The position numbers and the translations under genes are program-made. The notes beneath the pieces are model-generated. The model was not told where the DNA came from, did not search any database, and saw nothing but the letters and a program-made list of their open reading frames with translations. Shown piece after piece: positions 52,150-64,000 of a stretch of DNA of 64,000 nucleotides. Numbering within the stretch: position 1 is the stretch's first letter; every line of letters begins with the position of its first letter. Source of the stretch: Phoronis australis (lineage: Eukaryota > Animalia > Phoronida); contig NMRA01000004.1 of the NCBI GenBank assembly GCA_002633005.1, positions 1,657,144 to 1,721,143 of the forward strand, given 5' to 3'.

Positions 52150-55100
52150 CCTCACTGCTTTTTTCGAAGAAATTACTTATCGTTGGGTGTTGAATAACGC
52201 ACCATGGCGAAGCTTTCGACATCAACGAAGACATGACTCCTTTCCTCGAAAATACTATTGTGTTTTTATAGTTACAGCTGGTCAACCCAGGTCTACCCCA
52301 ACTTTATCACGCGGAGTTACACAGCAAGTCCCTCGCCTCCATCAAGACTGAAATTTCTAAGGCTATGAACTCACTACTTGATGAGCTTAGGGGCATCGAG
52401 GACACTCCTTTCACGCGTATAACCAGCTCTAAGACAACCCCTTCGCCGCCATAGAACCCTGTCGTGCGTCTTATGCACCACCGCCCGCTGCACTCCCTCA
52501 GACCACTTCTTGTCTCGGTGCCCGTTCCTCCCACCTGATGACAAGCACGCCTTTGTCAAAGCACGGCTGTCCACCGACGTTAACGACGCCACTGAGGAAG
52601 ACTCCCCACAAGACACAATATCTTACGACCAGTGGCCTGACTCCGCTGTCACGCTTCGCGTCTACACCGTCCAGTCTCATTATCTCGACACTTTGGTGGT
52701 CAAACCCTCGTGCATTTGACATTTATTGTGGTGCGACAGGAAACATGATTAGCGCATCGTGTACACGTTCGTTTGGCGAAAGTTCGTAAAAATTCCCAAA
52801 CCAACTTCCAGGCCGCCGGCCGATGGTACATCTACCCTACAGGTTGTGGGGGTAACTCGACTAGTCTTCACAGGTGACAAGCATCCCTTCGTTTTCGACA
52901 GTCTTGTTATCGAATCCCTTGGCGTAGATGTGTTGGCGTATTGGCAGAAACCCCATTTACGACTTACAATGACATTTCAGTACGACCTGCTCGGAAGATT
53001 ATCACGTTGGCTGACGGATCTACATACACCTAAGGCCAACCCGCAAACCAATACTCACGACCCACAGCACGGCTGTCCCACGTATTACGTGCTCCCCCTC
53101 ACACGACAGCCATATGGCCTGGTGATTGTCTTGAGTTGTATGCCTTGTCTAATTTCACCGGTTCTCAGAAGATCTTGCCATCAAACCTCGCTCCGACAGC
53201 ATTAGCCTCTATGGGTGTTTCCCAGCTATAGCCACAGCCGCAAATCTTGTCCCGACTAAGGGCAAGATTCGTTTGTTCAACAACACCGATGAACCACGAT
53301 TTTTGCAAAGAGATGAGCAGTTTTGCCAGGTGAACGCCGTGTTCACTCCTTCAGAGGTTCCAGGTAGTTCAGCTACCCTCACCCGACAGCCATACGGTCT
53401 GGTGATTGTCTTAAGTTGGAGACCCTGTCTGATTTCACCGATCCAGAAGAAGATCTTGCTATGGAACCTCGCTCCGACAGCATTAGTATCTACGGGTGTT
53501 TCCCAGCTATGGCCACAACCCGCCATTTTTTGTCCTGACTAATGACAAAATTTGCTTGTTCAACAACACTGATGAACTACAATTTTTGCGAAGAGATGAA
53601 CAGTTTTGCCAGGTGAACGCTGTGTTCACTCCTTCAGAGGTTCCAGCTGGTTCAGCCACCCAGTGTACCCCATCAACCCAAACTACCTTAGATCACCACC
53701 GGTTTGTCGCCGTTGTTCCGACAATATTTTGCATGCTGCAGATCAGGACAGGTTCCACGCCCTGCATCGCGAATTCGCTCACGTATTTGATCCGCAATAC
53801 CCCGGGTACAACGGCGCCGCAGGCCCGTTCGAGGCAGTCGTAAACATGGGTCCTACGCAACATCCACAGAGGAAAGGTCGCCTCCCCCAATTCTCCAAGG
53901 ACAAGCTCCTGAAATTCCAACAAAAATTCAACGAGCTGGAGCTACTAGGAGTATTCACCCGTCCAGAGGATGTTGGTATTACAGTAGAATATTTTAATCC
54001 TTCGTTTCTAGTCACGAAAGTCCACGGAGGTTTTCGTTTAGTTACAGCATTTGCAGACGTCGGCCGGTACCCCAAGCCCCAACCATCTTTCATGCCTGAC
54101 GTAGATTCCGTGCCTCGGAAGATTGCTCAATGGAAGTTCATCATCAAGACTGATCTTACGAGTGCCTATAATCAAATTCCTTTGTCACGCGATTCCATAA
54201 AATATTGTGGAGTATCCACATCTTTCCGAGGTATCCGTGTCTACGCACGTTACGCCATGAGTATGCCCGGTGCGGAAACCGCTTCTGAAGAGTTGACGTG
54301 TCGTGTATTGGGTAAGCGTTTGGAAGAAGGAGCCGTCACCAAGCTTGCCGACAACCTTTACTGTGGTGGTCAGACTATCACAGAATTAAAAAAGGTGCTG
54401 TCTGCATTGTCTACAGCCGACCTCCGTCTATCTTCTACGAAGACAGTCATAGCCCCACGACGCCCAGAAGTCCTCGGCTGGATTTGGGAGACGGGTGCTT
54501 TACAAGCTAGTTCACATCGGATAGCTGCTCTCTCGTCTTGTCCCAAACCTGGTACTGCACGTTAAATGAAATCCTTCACCGCAGCCGTGCACGAAAGCTA
54601 TGTCGAGAGTCATACCTTACTGTGTTGCATCATACATCGCCCCACTTGACACCACTATATCGGGGTTCGAATAAAAAGACCGCATTACCTGGACCGTTGA
54701 GTTACATGATGCTTTCACCTCGGCCCAAAAGGCATTGCCCACGCATAAAATTATCTCTCTACCCCGACCGGACGATCGGTTATGGATAGTCACTGACGAT
54801 TCCGCCAAACACCCAGGCATCGCTGGTACAGCTATATCTCTCTCGTGATGACGCGCCACGTGTCTGCGGCTTCTTCAGTACAAAACTGAAATTACGTGAG
54901 GTTAATTGGCTTCCATGTGAAACTGAGGATCTCGCCATTGCTGCCTCCGTAACACATTTTAGCCCCTATCTGATTCAGGCAGCACGTCCTGCTATCATAC
55001 CTACAGACAGCAAGCCTTTTGTACAAGCTTTCGAGAAACTCTGCAGAGGCGAATTTTTAGTCAATCCTCGTGTTCTGTCCACCGTTTCTCACTATCAGTC

Positions 55101-55560
55101 TATCGTTCGTTACGTATCTGGTGCCACTAACATCGTCTCCGACTTTGTGAGCGGCCAAAGCCCAGAGTGCACCGACGCTTTTTGCCAAGTGTGCCATTTC
55201 GTAAACGCTCTGGAAGATTGTGTGGTGTTCTGTGCGACTGCTGGCGAGGTCCTTCAGGGAAAACACAAACTTCCCTTCACCACGAGATCATCGTGGTTAT
55301 CCATTCAGTCCGAGTCTCCTGAGTTACGGCGAGTACACTCTCATCTCACCAAGGGACGCGGCCCTCAAAGAAAGTAACCAATACTCGAGATGTTAAACGC
55401 TATCTCAACGTCGCCACTATTGCGTCAGATGGTTTACGTGTAGTTCGTCGAGACAAGCCTCTCGTAGCTCGTGAACAACGCATTATCAATCCACGTTCCA
55501 CCTTGGACGGCTTACTCACGGCATTTGACTTACTGTTGGATCACCCCACAAAACAGCTTT
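52150..55560 (+). mobile_element. Decayed Gypsy/Ty3 LTR retrotransposon internal region (gag-PR-RT-RNaseH-start of integrase)
   Basis: gag-like SKSLASIKTEISKAMNSLLDEL and HFLSRCPFLP; degenerate protease (Y)CGATGNMI at about 52725. RT ORF 53606-54565 has [32 protein letters not shown] and [10 protein letters not shown] (catalytic DD->DN). RNase H WIVTD...WLPCETE...TDSKP; integrase Zn-finger start LLDHP at about 55540. Multiple frameshifts and stops. Confidence 0.92.
53096..53661 (+). repeat. About 280-bp tandem duplication inside the Gypsy pol
   Basis: ccctcacacgacagccatatggcctggtgattgtc...tgttcactccttcagaggttccag occurs at about 53096-53378 and again at about 53376-53661. Confidence 0.9.
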
Positions 55561-58500
55561 TTAGTAGCAGCGCGTCTACAATTGTGTTATCTTTAAATCT
55601 TCACCGGTGACAATGTGGCCGGTTGAACATGATTTTCAGTTTAGCAAAAGTCGCCATGTTGCCCAACGTGAATTGTGAGCAATTTAAGCACTCAATAAGT
55701 TGCATCTGCGTGATTAGAATCTAAAGTGAACTCTTGGATTGTACAGAATGGTAGGTAAGGATGTGTGTCACTAAATTTTACTGTTGAAATGTTTGTGAAA
55801 ACAATTTTTAAGCACTTTTAAACTCGTAACCTACGGCGCTGGCATCCAAGAAGGCAGAACCGATCAAACCAGTAAAGTAGGCTTTTCTCTTCAAATAGTG
55901 CACGAATCGGAATGTTTCATTTGAAGACACATGAATTATTTGTTACCCGAGGGCTTCAACTTTTTTGATATTAGTTCAAGGCAAATTTGTCATCACCTGT
56001 GACTGCGGTCAATTATGGACGCTAATGGGTGAAATGGTGTATGGATACGTCACACACTATTATGGTCACTAAAATGTTGATTCTCATTAATTATTTCTTT
56101 TGAAACCATTTTAAATGTAATGAAATCACAAAAATCGTTTATAAAGTGCAGAATACACGATTTTGGGACATTTTAGAATAAAATATGAAAAAAGCCCATT
56201 CGAGAGATTTTTTAAGATCTATCCATAAACATATCTTTCAATGTCCAAAGCCCCGCAAACTGGCTTGTAGAAGCACTTGAGTGACACCCACTTTTAACAC
56301 TAAAAAGTGCCTCCGAATTCATCTCCCCTGTCGTTTTAATGCAATGAAAGTATTAATATCAATTTTATTTGGTAGTCCTTATGTCCCAATTCCTAATCCC
56401 ATTAGGTGATTTCTCTCATTGCATGCAATTTAACTGTTTTATATATTGGAAAATTGCTGTTTTCGGTATGCAAAACATGTCATTTTCTTCGTGAACATTT
56501 GAAGGCCTACAGGTAAAACATTAAGAAGTCAGTATGTGCAAAATTGGTGATTTTTGTATCAGAGCCACACCACGATCACATCCACAAAGTTTAAACTGAA
56601 TCTGTAAGATCATCACTATAGTGAATTTTTGATTTTCTAATGGAATGGCTTCTAACAGTTGTATGAAAAATTGACTACGACTTAAAGTTTGTTTTCTTGT
56701 TAGTCTATTGCATTTAACAGAAGAGCGGTAGCACCTTCTCTCTGGCGGTTGTCTATGATGCAATGTGATACTTGTAAGTCGCCCTTATGCAAGTATTTGT
56801 ATACGCTTTTTGGGATTGGAATGGATTAGGTTATGATTATCTGATCGACAACGACATCTTTGACCTAATTATTGTAATAACGTTTGTCTGTATTACTCAA
56901 CAAAGCAATATCAAGCTGATACTTAGTCTTATTCAATATTTTCTTGAATTCTGGTTCATTTCAGTGGTACCTTGTTAGGTGTAGGAGTTAAACTCCAAGA
57001 ACCGTAGAAATATATAATTTTTAGCACTTTAATCCGCTTTTGACGCGAACGCTGTGCACCGCCATCGAAATATCATACCCGACCGTCTGATCGGCCCGAG
57101 CCTGTTTCTTGCACACCACTTCTTCGTCAACAATACTTTTCAAACAACGATCTTAAAAATCATTTGCTATTCTTGGAATTCTTTAGGGGAAAAGTGTCAG
57201 TTGATATTTTCATTGTTAGCAAACCATAGGGAATATTGTATTTGTGCAATTTACAAATAGTGGTCTTCAAGCTCTTCATACATCATCTTTTCGATGACGG
57301 TCCATTATATTGTGTTTGTTTGTTTAGATTGTCTAAGAAGATTTTGTGTTGTTTGTACTGTATGTCTTGATGCCTCTGTGCTTCACATAAAAATGCCATG
57401 CGGTTTACTCGACTAATTTAAAACTTTATCTATCTTATTTATAGTTGACACTGTCGGGGGAAGGGACAATTGTCTCGGGCAATCGATCCAAGTGAAGAGC
57501 CATCTGAAAGAGGGACGCCTTAACATGGAAGGTTTCATCATTAAGAGTGGACAGTAAAGCCATCACTGGGTGACCCTCTAAGAAGTAGCCTTCCTTAGCA
57601 TAAAAGATAACACGATTTTACAAAAACAGGATAAGAAAGCCAATTGATGTCATCGGTGCCCCACTCCCCTTCCTGAGCGGACACTTAAGAAGAATTAAAT
57701 AAATTTAAAATGATGCTCATGGATGCTATGAAATGGTCCCTTGTATGGGCTGGGGCACTTGAATATGGAAAATATATTTAAAAAAACAGGAAATGATCTA
57801 CCAACAGAGCCTGTATCCGTCAGGTTTTCAATTTACATCAAGTTAAATACATGTTCAAAAAAGGAAAAAGACAGACCGACAGATGACTCCACCATCACTT
57901 GCTAGAGAGGGTCTTTGTGTTCAGTTGTGCATTCCCTGCTACACATTCTGCTCAGGCTCTGAACTTCACAAGGATAGGTCAATTAGATACAGGTTCCCGG
58001 TTTGTTTACACAACTGGTAACTTGACCCTGGGCGATGACACCTGTACGCCCGGTCACAGTCATTATTAAATGTGCCGAGAATGCGAATGTTTCTCACACA
58101 CAATACCGCTAGCTTTTTTTCTTGATATAGTGTGATTTGATGTCGTAGTTTTGTTTTGTGCACTGCGAGGGGTCCAATAACAAAAATTCCAAATATCGAT
58201 GGGCAGCTTTACTTCTTTGTTGAGGAAGTTGAAATTTGGCATGCTAATGCCTAACAATTTTGAGAAAATCAAAGGGCTAGTATGCAAAATTTTGATGTGA
58301 CAACTATTTAAAAAAAAGTCACCCATCAAATCTAATTCCAAAAGGAATGAAATAAATACCTTGTATGTAGTACCATTCGTTACAAATAAACTTTGGTAGT
58401 TACAAAAGACCATTCATTTATACTTTCAAATTTTATAAATGTTGAATATTTCATTAAAATAGAATGCTACAATTTTAGATAATTGTACATGTCATTATCA

Positions 58501-59289
58501 GCACGTACTCGCCCAAAATAATTCCTATAAGCATATGAAAGAGAAAAATGTATTTGCTTTGCGTACGTTAGGCTAATACAATGTCTGCGGGAATGTGTAC
58601 CTTGCTTTAGTATCGATATGCGGGCGTATCTTCGGAAAATGCGAGTCGATTTTTGACAAAAATACCGTTGTAGTCGACTTAAGCTAATTTACAATTAATT
58701 TTCAAAATCAAAATGACAAAAGTGCAAAAGTGGAAATAACCGAATGCTCAGGAACATTCAACTCACGGACGGCCGACGGCTTATCACTGGTGGAAATCAT
58801 ACACATCATACACTAAGCCGAAACGTACACATTATCCAAGACACCACTGCTAGCTTACTTGTAATGAGGCTGTCCATAGTAAACGTACCCAGTTTGCGGG
58901 CGCATAAGTCAAGACTCTGATCTAAGCGGAATGAAATTGTCTTCTGGGATTTAACAATCTGAATAACATTGCCCTGAAAAGCATGATAATTTTTGTGAAC
59001 TTTTGAGAAATGTGTGTCCTGCCTCCCGTCCAGTAACGCTAGGACCTCGCTAAAAAGCAAGACTTTGCGAGATTACGTGAGATGCTGCCGTGTATTTCAC
59101 ACGTGAGTTTGGCTAGACTTTAGCTTGGTCTTAGAGTAGGTCCTAGCGTTGCTGAACGCACGCCCGTTTAAGAGCACATTTTAAGTGCTTTTCACGATTT
59201 ATATAGTAATGCAGAAATTTATTCCTCCAAACAAAAATGCCGTGACTAGTCCCCCGAAAAGTATAAATCCAGCACCGGTAGTTAGTTAA

Positions 59290-59520
59290 AAGGATACCAA
59301 ACCCTGTTTTGGCCTATTAACAGATACTACAAACGACTTTCCTATCCAGTTCTCTGAATCAAAATAATGCTCTGTAACCCTCAAAAATTTTTAGGAAAAT
59401 TTGAAAACCCTTTTCAAAGTCTGCCAAACGGGGAAGCGTGAACTACACTTTTAACGATTTACTCGGTAACTGTGGGAAAAGACCACCCATCAAGGATCAT
59501 GATGTCCAATTTGTGAGATA
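59290..59520. mobile_element. Truncated copy of the 279-654 TTAA MITE, upstream of the FReD gene
   Basis: ttaa|aaggataccaaaccctgttttggcctattaaca...atccagttctctgaa...tttgaaaacc...aactgtgg is colinear with 279-535. Confidence 0.7.
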
Positions 59521-59773
59521 GGGGGTGTGGGTTTTTAGTTGAATTTCGCAATGTCTTTGTTTTCTCGGCTGACTCGGTGCTACATCTATGCCGCTCGCCA
59601 CGATTTCACCCTGAAGCTTCATTGTAAATTATTTAGGGGGCACACTGCCCCCCGACCATAATTATAACGCCTGCTGATACGAGACGAGAACTACCAGATG
59701 GCTGCCCCAGGGAGGTTATTTAACACATGCAGTCGCCACTTTTCACATTACACGACTAACAACCATCAACAAC

Positions 59774-61624
59774 ATGCTTCCACTGATATTTTTGGGTATT
59801 GCTGTGGTTACAGCTACCAATCAGAATAACAACGTCAACACTCAACGAAGCAATGATTCTTGCAAGTATACGTTGGTAGTTCCCAGTGGCCAGTGCTCAG
59901 GATCAGACAGCAAGAAGGTGACAGACCAGATCACCTCTCTCCAGCTAATGAGCAACGGCTTCCACCAGCAATTCAGGTTGCAACAAGTGTTGAACACGAA
60001 TCTTGAGCGAAAGATTGCAAGCTTGACCCAAAAGACACTTCAGCAAGCCGACCGAATAGAAGTGCTTGAAAATACTCTACGACAAAACGGCATACAATAT
60101 AGAAAGCATTTAGGTTAGTTTGTAAGATGGTTGAGTGGCACTGCTCTCCTATCTAATTCAGTTAAGAAAAATAACGTTTTGAATTTGACCACTTTCCATT
60201 ATAAATCTTCTTGATAGAATACATTTCTTATCGATTTTGACCACCCTGGTGCGAGCCAACTTATTGCGCGTAGTATAGGCGAATTCGTTTAGTTTGTAAT
60301 GACTGCAGTCCACAGGCTTGAACGTTGTTTTTGATTAAGAGCTTCACAGTGTTCCAAAATAGTTTGGTATTCTGCATAAAAAAATTCAATAGGCTTCTAA
60401 GTTCGCGTTTTTGTCGGCATTCCGAAACCACCAGCCCATGAGCCTATAGACGGGGACACAATTACAAATTTATACTACTTGAAGGGGTTTTACCTGAACA
60501 ATGTGAGCTAAGCGACTTCAGCTCTTTTCGTTTTCCATTATCATGTAAAGCTGACTTCGACTTGTTCTTACTGAGAGAACAAGCGGTTTCCTATCGATAG
60601 CCACTGCTCGATCCGTTGGCTCACAGAATGACCAGCTTATTGCATGTGGTATAGCTTAAGCCAACTCATTTTGTTTTGTCATGACTTCAAGAGCTTCACA
60701 TTGCTTCAAACAGTTCGTGTTCCGCATAAAATTTTCCCGAAGGCTTAAACTTCACGTTTTTGTAAAAGTAGGCTAGCCTAACGGCAATTTCCGAAACCTC
60801 GGGGCCATAGGGAACACTATTAGAAATTTCTACTATTGGCAAGGTTTTCAACAATAGTCAGTGTGAGCTAAGCGACTTCACACTATTGGGAATTACCGGT
60901 GGGGATTCCATACTGTTTTCACGTGGCTCATCCACAGAACGCTCTTAGTAGCCAACTACTCTGATTTGACCTTTTTCACCTTCCAGACTGCGCTGAACTC
61001 CGTTTGGCTGGACAAAAAACTGATAGCGTGTACAATATCACACTTGAGCATGCGTTGTCACCGATCAGTGTTTGGTGCGACATGTCGACAGGTCACGGAG
61101 GATGGACAGTAATTCAACGACGACAGGACGGTTCAGTTTACTTCTATCGCGACTGGGATGACTACAAGAAGGGATTTGGCATGGCAGACGGCGAATATTG
61201 GCTCGGAAATGATAATATCTTCCATCTTACAAACCAGAAAAAATATTTGCTTAGAATAGATTTATGGGATTTTGACGGCAACCACTTCGTAGCGGAATAC
61301 GACGATTTCTATATCGAAAATGAACTTCATAAGTACAAGTTACACGTAGGATCCTATAACGGTACGGCTGGTGATGCCATGACGTATCACAACAATAGGG
61401 TATTTTCCACAAAATATCGCGACGCTACTAATTCATGCGCGTTCTCATACAAGGGAGGGTTTTGGTACAACGGCTGTGCGTACGCAAATCTGAATGGCAA
61501 CTATCATCACGACAGCAAATACGTGGGAAATGACGCAGTGTTCTGGTACCAACTAAATAATAAGCACAAAGCGCTCAAGAAAGTCGAGATGAAAGTGAGA
61601 CCTATGACGTTTCACAAAAAATAA
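59774..61624 (+). CDS. Secreted fibrinogen-related domain (FReD) protein with angiopoietin-like architecture, 325 aa, 2 exons
   Basis: Exon 1 (59774-60113): signal peptide MLPLIFLGIAVVTA, CKYTLVVP..QC motif, coiled coil, donor G|GTTAGT. Exon 2 (60987-61624) follows ttccag and gives DCAEL...VWCDM...GGWTVIQRRQDGSVYFYRDWDDYKKGFG...GEYWLGND...NLNG...KKVEMKVRP, then TAA. Confidence 0.93.
60250..60880. repeat. Degenerate dimer of about 350 bp forming most of the FReD intron
   Basis: aagagcttcaca...gcataaaa...cgtttttgt...ccgaaacc...tgtgagctaagcgacttca at about 60338-60520 and 60689-60879. Confidence 0.7.
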
Positions 61625-61939
61625 TGTACTATTATGTNNNNNNNNNNNNNNNNNNNNNNNNNNNNNNNNNNNNNNNNNNNNNNNNNNNNNNNNNNNNNNN
61701 NNNNNNNNNNNNNNNNNNNNNNNNNNNNNNNNNNNNNNNNNNNNNNNNNNNNNNNNNNNNNNNNNNNNNNNNNNNNNNNNNNNNNNNNNNNNNNNNNNNN
61801 NNNNNNNNNNNNNNNNNNNNNNNNNNNNNNNNNNNNNNNNNNNNNNNNNNNNNNNNNNNNNNNNNNNNNNNNNNNNNNNNNNNNNNGGGGGGGGGGGGGA
61901 GGAGACAAGGGGGCCATGGCCCCCTAAAATTCTTCCATA

Positions 61940-63680
61940 TAGCATTTGGCAGTTCGGGGTGCGGATTGCTGACTAGCGTATGCGCTCGACTTGTCTTCAC
62001 ATGTGACAAGCATGCCTTCGTTTTCGATGGTCTTGTTATAGAGTCCATGACTTAGACGCATTTTCAGCAACCCCATTTATGACTTACAGTGACGTATCAG
62101 TACGACCTGCTCGCAAGGTTATCACGTTGGCTGACGGATCTACATACACCCATGGCTAACCTGTAAACCAATACCCACGACCCACAGCACGGCTGTCCCA
62201 CGTATTACTTGATCCCCCTCACACGACAGCCATATGGCCTGGTGATTGTCTTGAGTTGGATGCCCTGTCTAATTTCACCGATCCTCAGAAGATCTTGCCA
62301 TCGAACTTCGCTCCGACAGCATTAGCCTCTACGGGTGTTTCCCAGCTATAGCCACAACCGCAAATCTTGTCCCGACTAAGGGCAAGATTCGTTTGTTCAA
62401 CAACACCGATGAACCACGATTTCTGAGAGTGCGTCTCTTCTTACACAGCAGCTTGTATCAGGATCTTCGAAATGGTCTTCTCCAATATGTCTCTAATTGC
62501 GCTCGTTAGATCGCTCTCTCGCAGTTAACCATACAGATTCTGCTTCAGGATTCCAGGCCCTCCAAAAGGACAAACTCCTTGAACGTCATCGCAAGTCAAT
62601 TGAGATCGGACCCAAACCATAACCCTGCTGCAGAGAAGGCCATTCAGGAGTTGTCACACAAGTTACTGCGTGATCAGCATGGTACCGGCAATGTTAGTTC
62701 CTTACAGGTGGCCGTTGCGGTTGCTCGATTGAACAGCCGTGTCCGCTCCACCGGCTTGTCCGCCAGAGAGATGTGGTTTCAGCGCGACCAGTTTACCAAT
62801 TGCGAAATACCAGTTCATGACAACTGGTTGACCTCTTCCCAGCGACAACGGCGCTCCATCAACCATTGACCCAGTGCGCCATCCAAGGCTCGTTTGGCCA
62901 ACCAGGCAATAGAATGCGACGCATCCATCGGCGACCTCATTTACCTCTACTTAGATAGGGACAACTCCAGAGTCCGTCCGCGATACCTCGCAGTTGCTTC
63001 CGATGGCGTGTAGTTGAGTCATTATTCGGAGATTTTCTGGAGATCAGTTACGTAATGCTTCTTACCGTGTCAAACACAGTGAGTGTTACCGTGTTCCGTC
63101 TGAGGTTACTAATATTCTAGCTGCATCATCTGTCACTGCCCCTTGTGAGCACGATATAACGACGACGAGGTCCCACCGTCTTCTGCTGTTCCCGTATCTG
63201 TTTCATCGTTGCCTTTTCCCTGCGGTCCAGCTCCATGGTACAACGACGGTTTACCACCTTCACGTTGCCCAATTGTCGCCCCACCTGTTCCACCCACCAT
63301 CGTTCCTCCCCCTGATGCATCCCCCAGAATGGCTCTACGACAACGCCTGCTGTTGAAGCCCCCATCGTCCCTGATCATCCAGAGGCCCAGAGGAGATCAA
63401 GACGACAGCGCCACAAACCTCATTGGCAAACAGACGATTGGATTTATGACTGATTTTACTTTGTACTCTGTTAACTTCCTTCGACGCCATAATAACTGGG
63501 GATCTTATTAAGTCAGTGTTTAGTATTGTTTGTTTTCAACTTTACCCGTTCTTAGTGTACGTTTGGCTCATTTTCTGTGACAGGAGAGGCAATCACACCA
63601 TTGTACTGTTGTTCTTACGACTGCGTTTGGTTGGAACGCTGGCGGTTCCTTCTTGTTGTCGTCTGCTTATTAAACACGTT
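61940..63680 (+). mobile_element. Second decayed Gypsy copy of the same family, internally deleted (protease region joined to integrase C-half and 3' end)
   Basis: 61985-62425 closely matches 52855-53303. It then jumps to integrase NPAAEKAIQEL...ARLNSRVRSTGLSAREMWFQRDQF (62579-62869) and a Pro-rich tail. A possible LTR remnant with ATTAAA lies near 63590-63680. Confidence 0.88.
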
Positions 63681-63719
63681 AAACCATAGACTATAGTTGC
63701 CTATAATCTATGGTTAAAC
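63678..63719. mobile_element. 28-bp CATAGA...TCTATG hairpin with 7-bp direct repeat (P-element-like footprint or mini element)
   Basis: GTTAAAC + CATAGACTATAGttgcCTATAATCTATG + GTTAAAC. Confidence 0.6.
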
Positions 63720-64000
63720 TTACTCCACATTTAGTTTATGTGACGATTGCTGAACCATGTATATCCAGGAGTCTCGCTGTTAGTTCTGGTCTGTTTTTTG
63801 AAAATCAAATTGGTGGCACTTTTAGTTGCTGTTTCAAAAAAGGAAGTATAACTGAGAGGAGTAAACGCGATCCAGGATTTGTTGTTTTTTACTCATCACT
63901 TAAGAAATTTTGGTGTTTCAAACTTTTCCTGCCCTTGCTTAGGCTATGTGCCGTTGTGAAGCTTTTTTGTCTGCATTACACACACAGTGACAGACAATCA

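Noticed and set aside
57440-59060. Missing FBG exon of the first FReD copy or a separate gene
   Set aside because: No FBG motifs in the frames I translated, and frequent stops. Probably a decayed repeat.

Overview
Eukaryotic, intron-rich, AT-rich genomic window from a draft animal assembly, probably a highly heterozygous marine invertebrate (inference). It has four N gaps: 18282-18420, 32395-32693, 48921-48990 and 61638-61886. The minus strand carries two tandem mitochondrial sarcosine dehydrogenase (SARDH) paralogues. Copy B (CDS 44298->23880) is complete, with 20 coding exons and about 898 aa. Copy A (ATG 17219) has 17 exons visible and runs off the window start. Exons 11-14 of copy B appear twice around a gap, most likely as uncollapsed haplotypes that differ by a 5'-truncated LINE insertion. 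The plus strand carries an intact two-exon secreted angiopoietin-like/fibrinogen-domain gene (59774-61624) and a frameshifted duplicate of its first exon (51084-51425). Each is followed by a decayed piece of the same Gypsy family. SINEs, MITEs and satellites fill the rest. I see no clearly new multi-gene system. The best leads are: paralogue-specific changes around the SARDH flavin/substrate pocket; a strong CpG-depletion asymmetry between the two paralogues; a degenerate Ca2+ loop in the FReD; a dUTPase-like segment in the Gypsy pol; and a P-element-like footprint.
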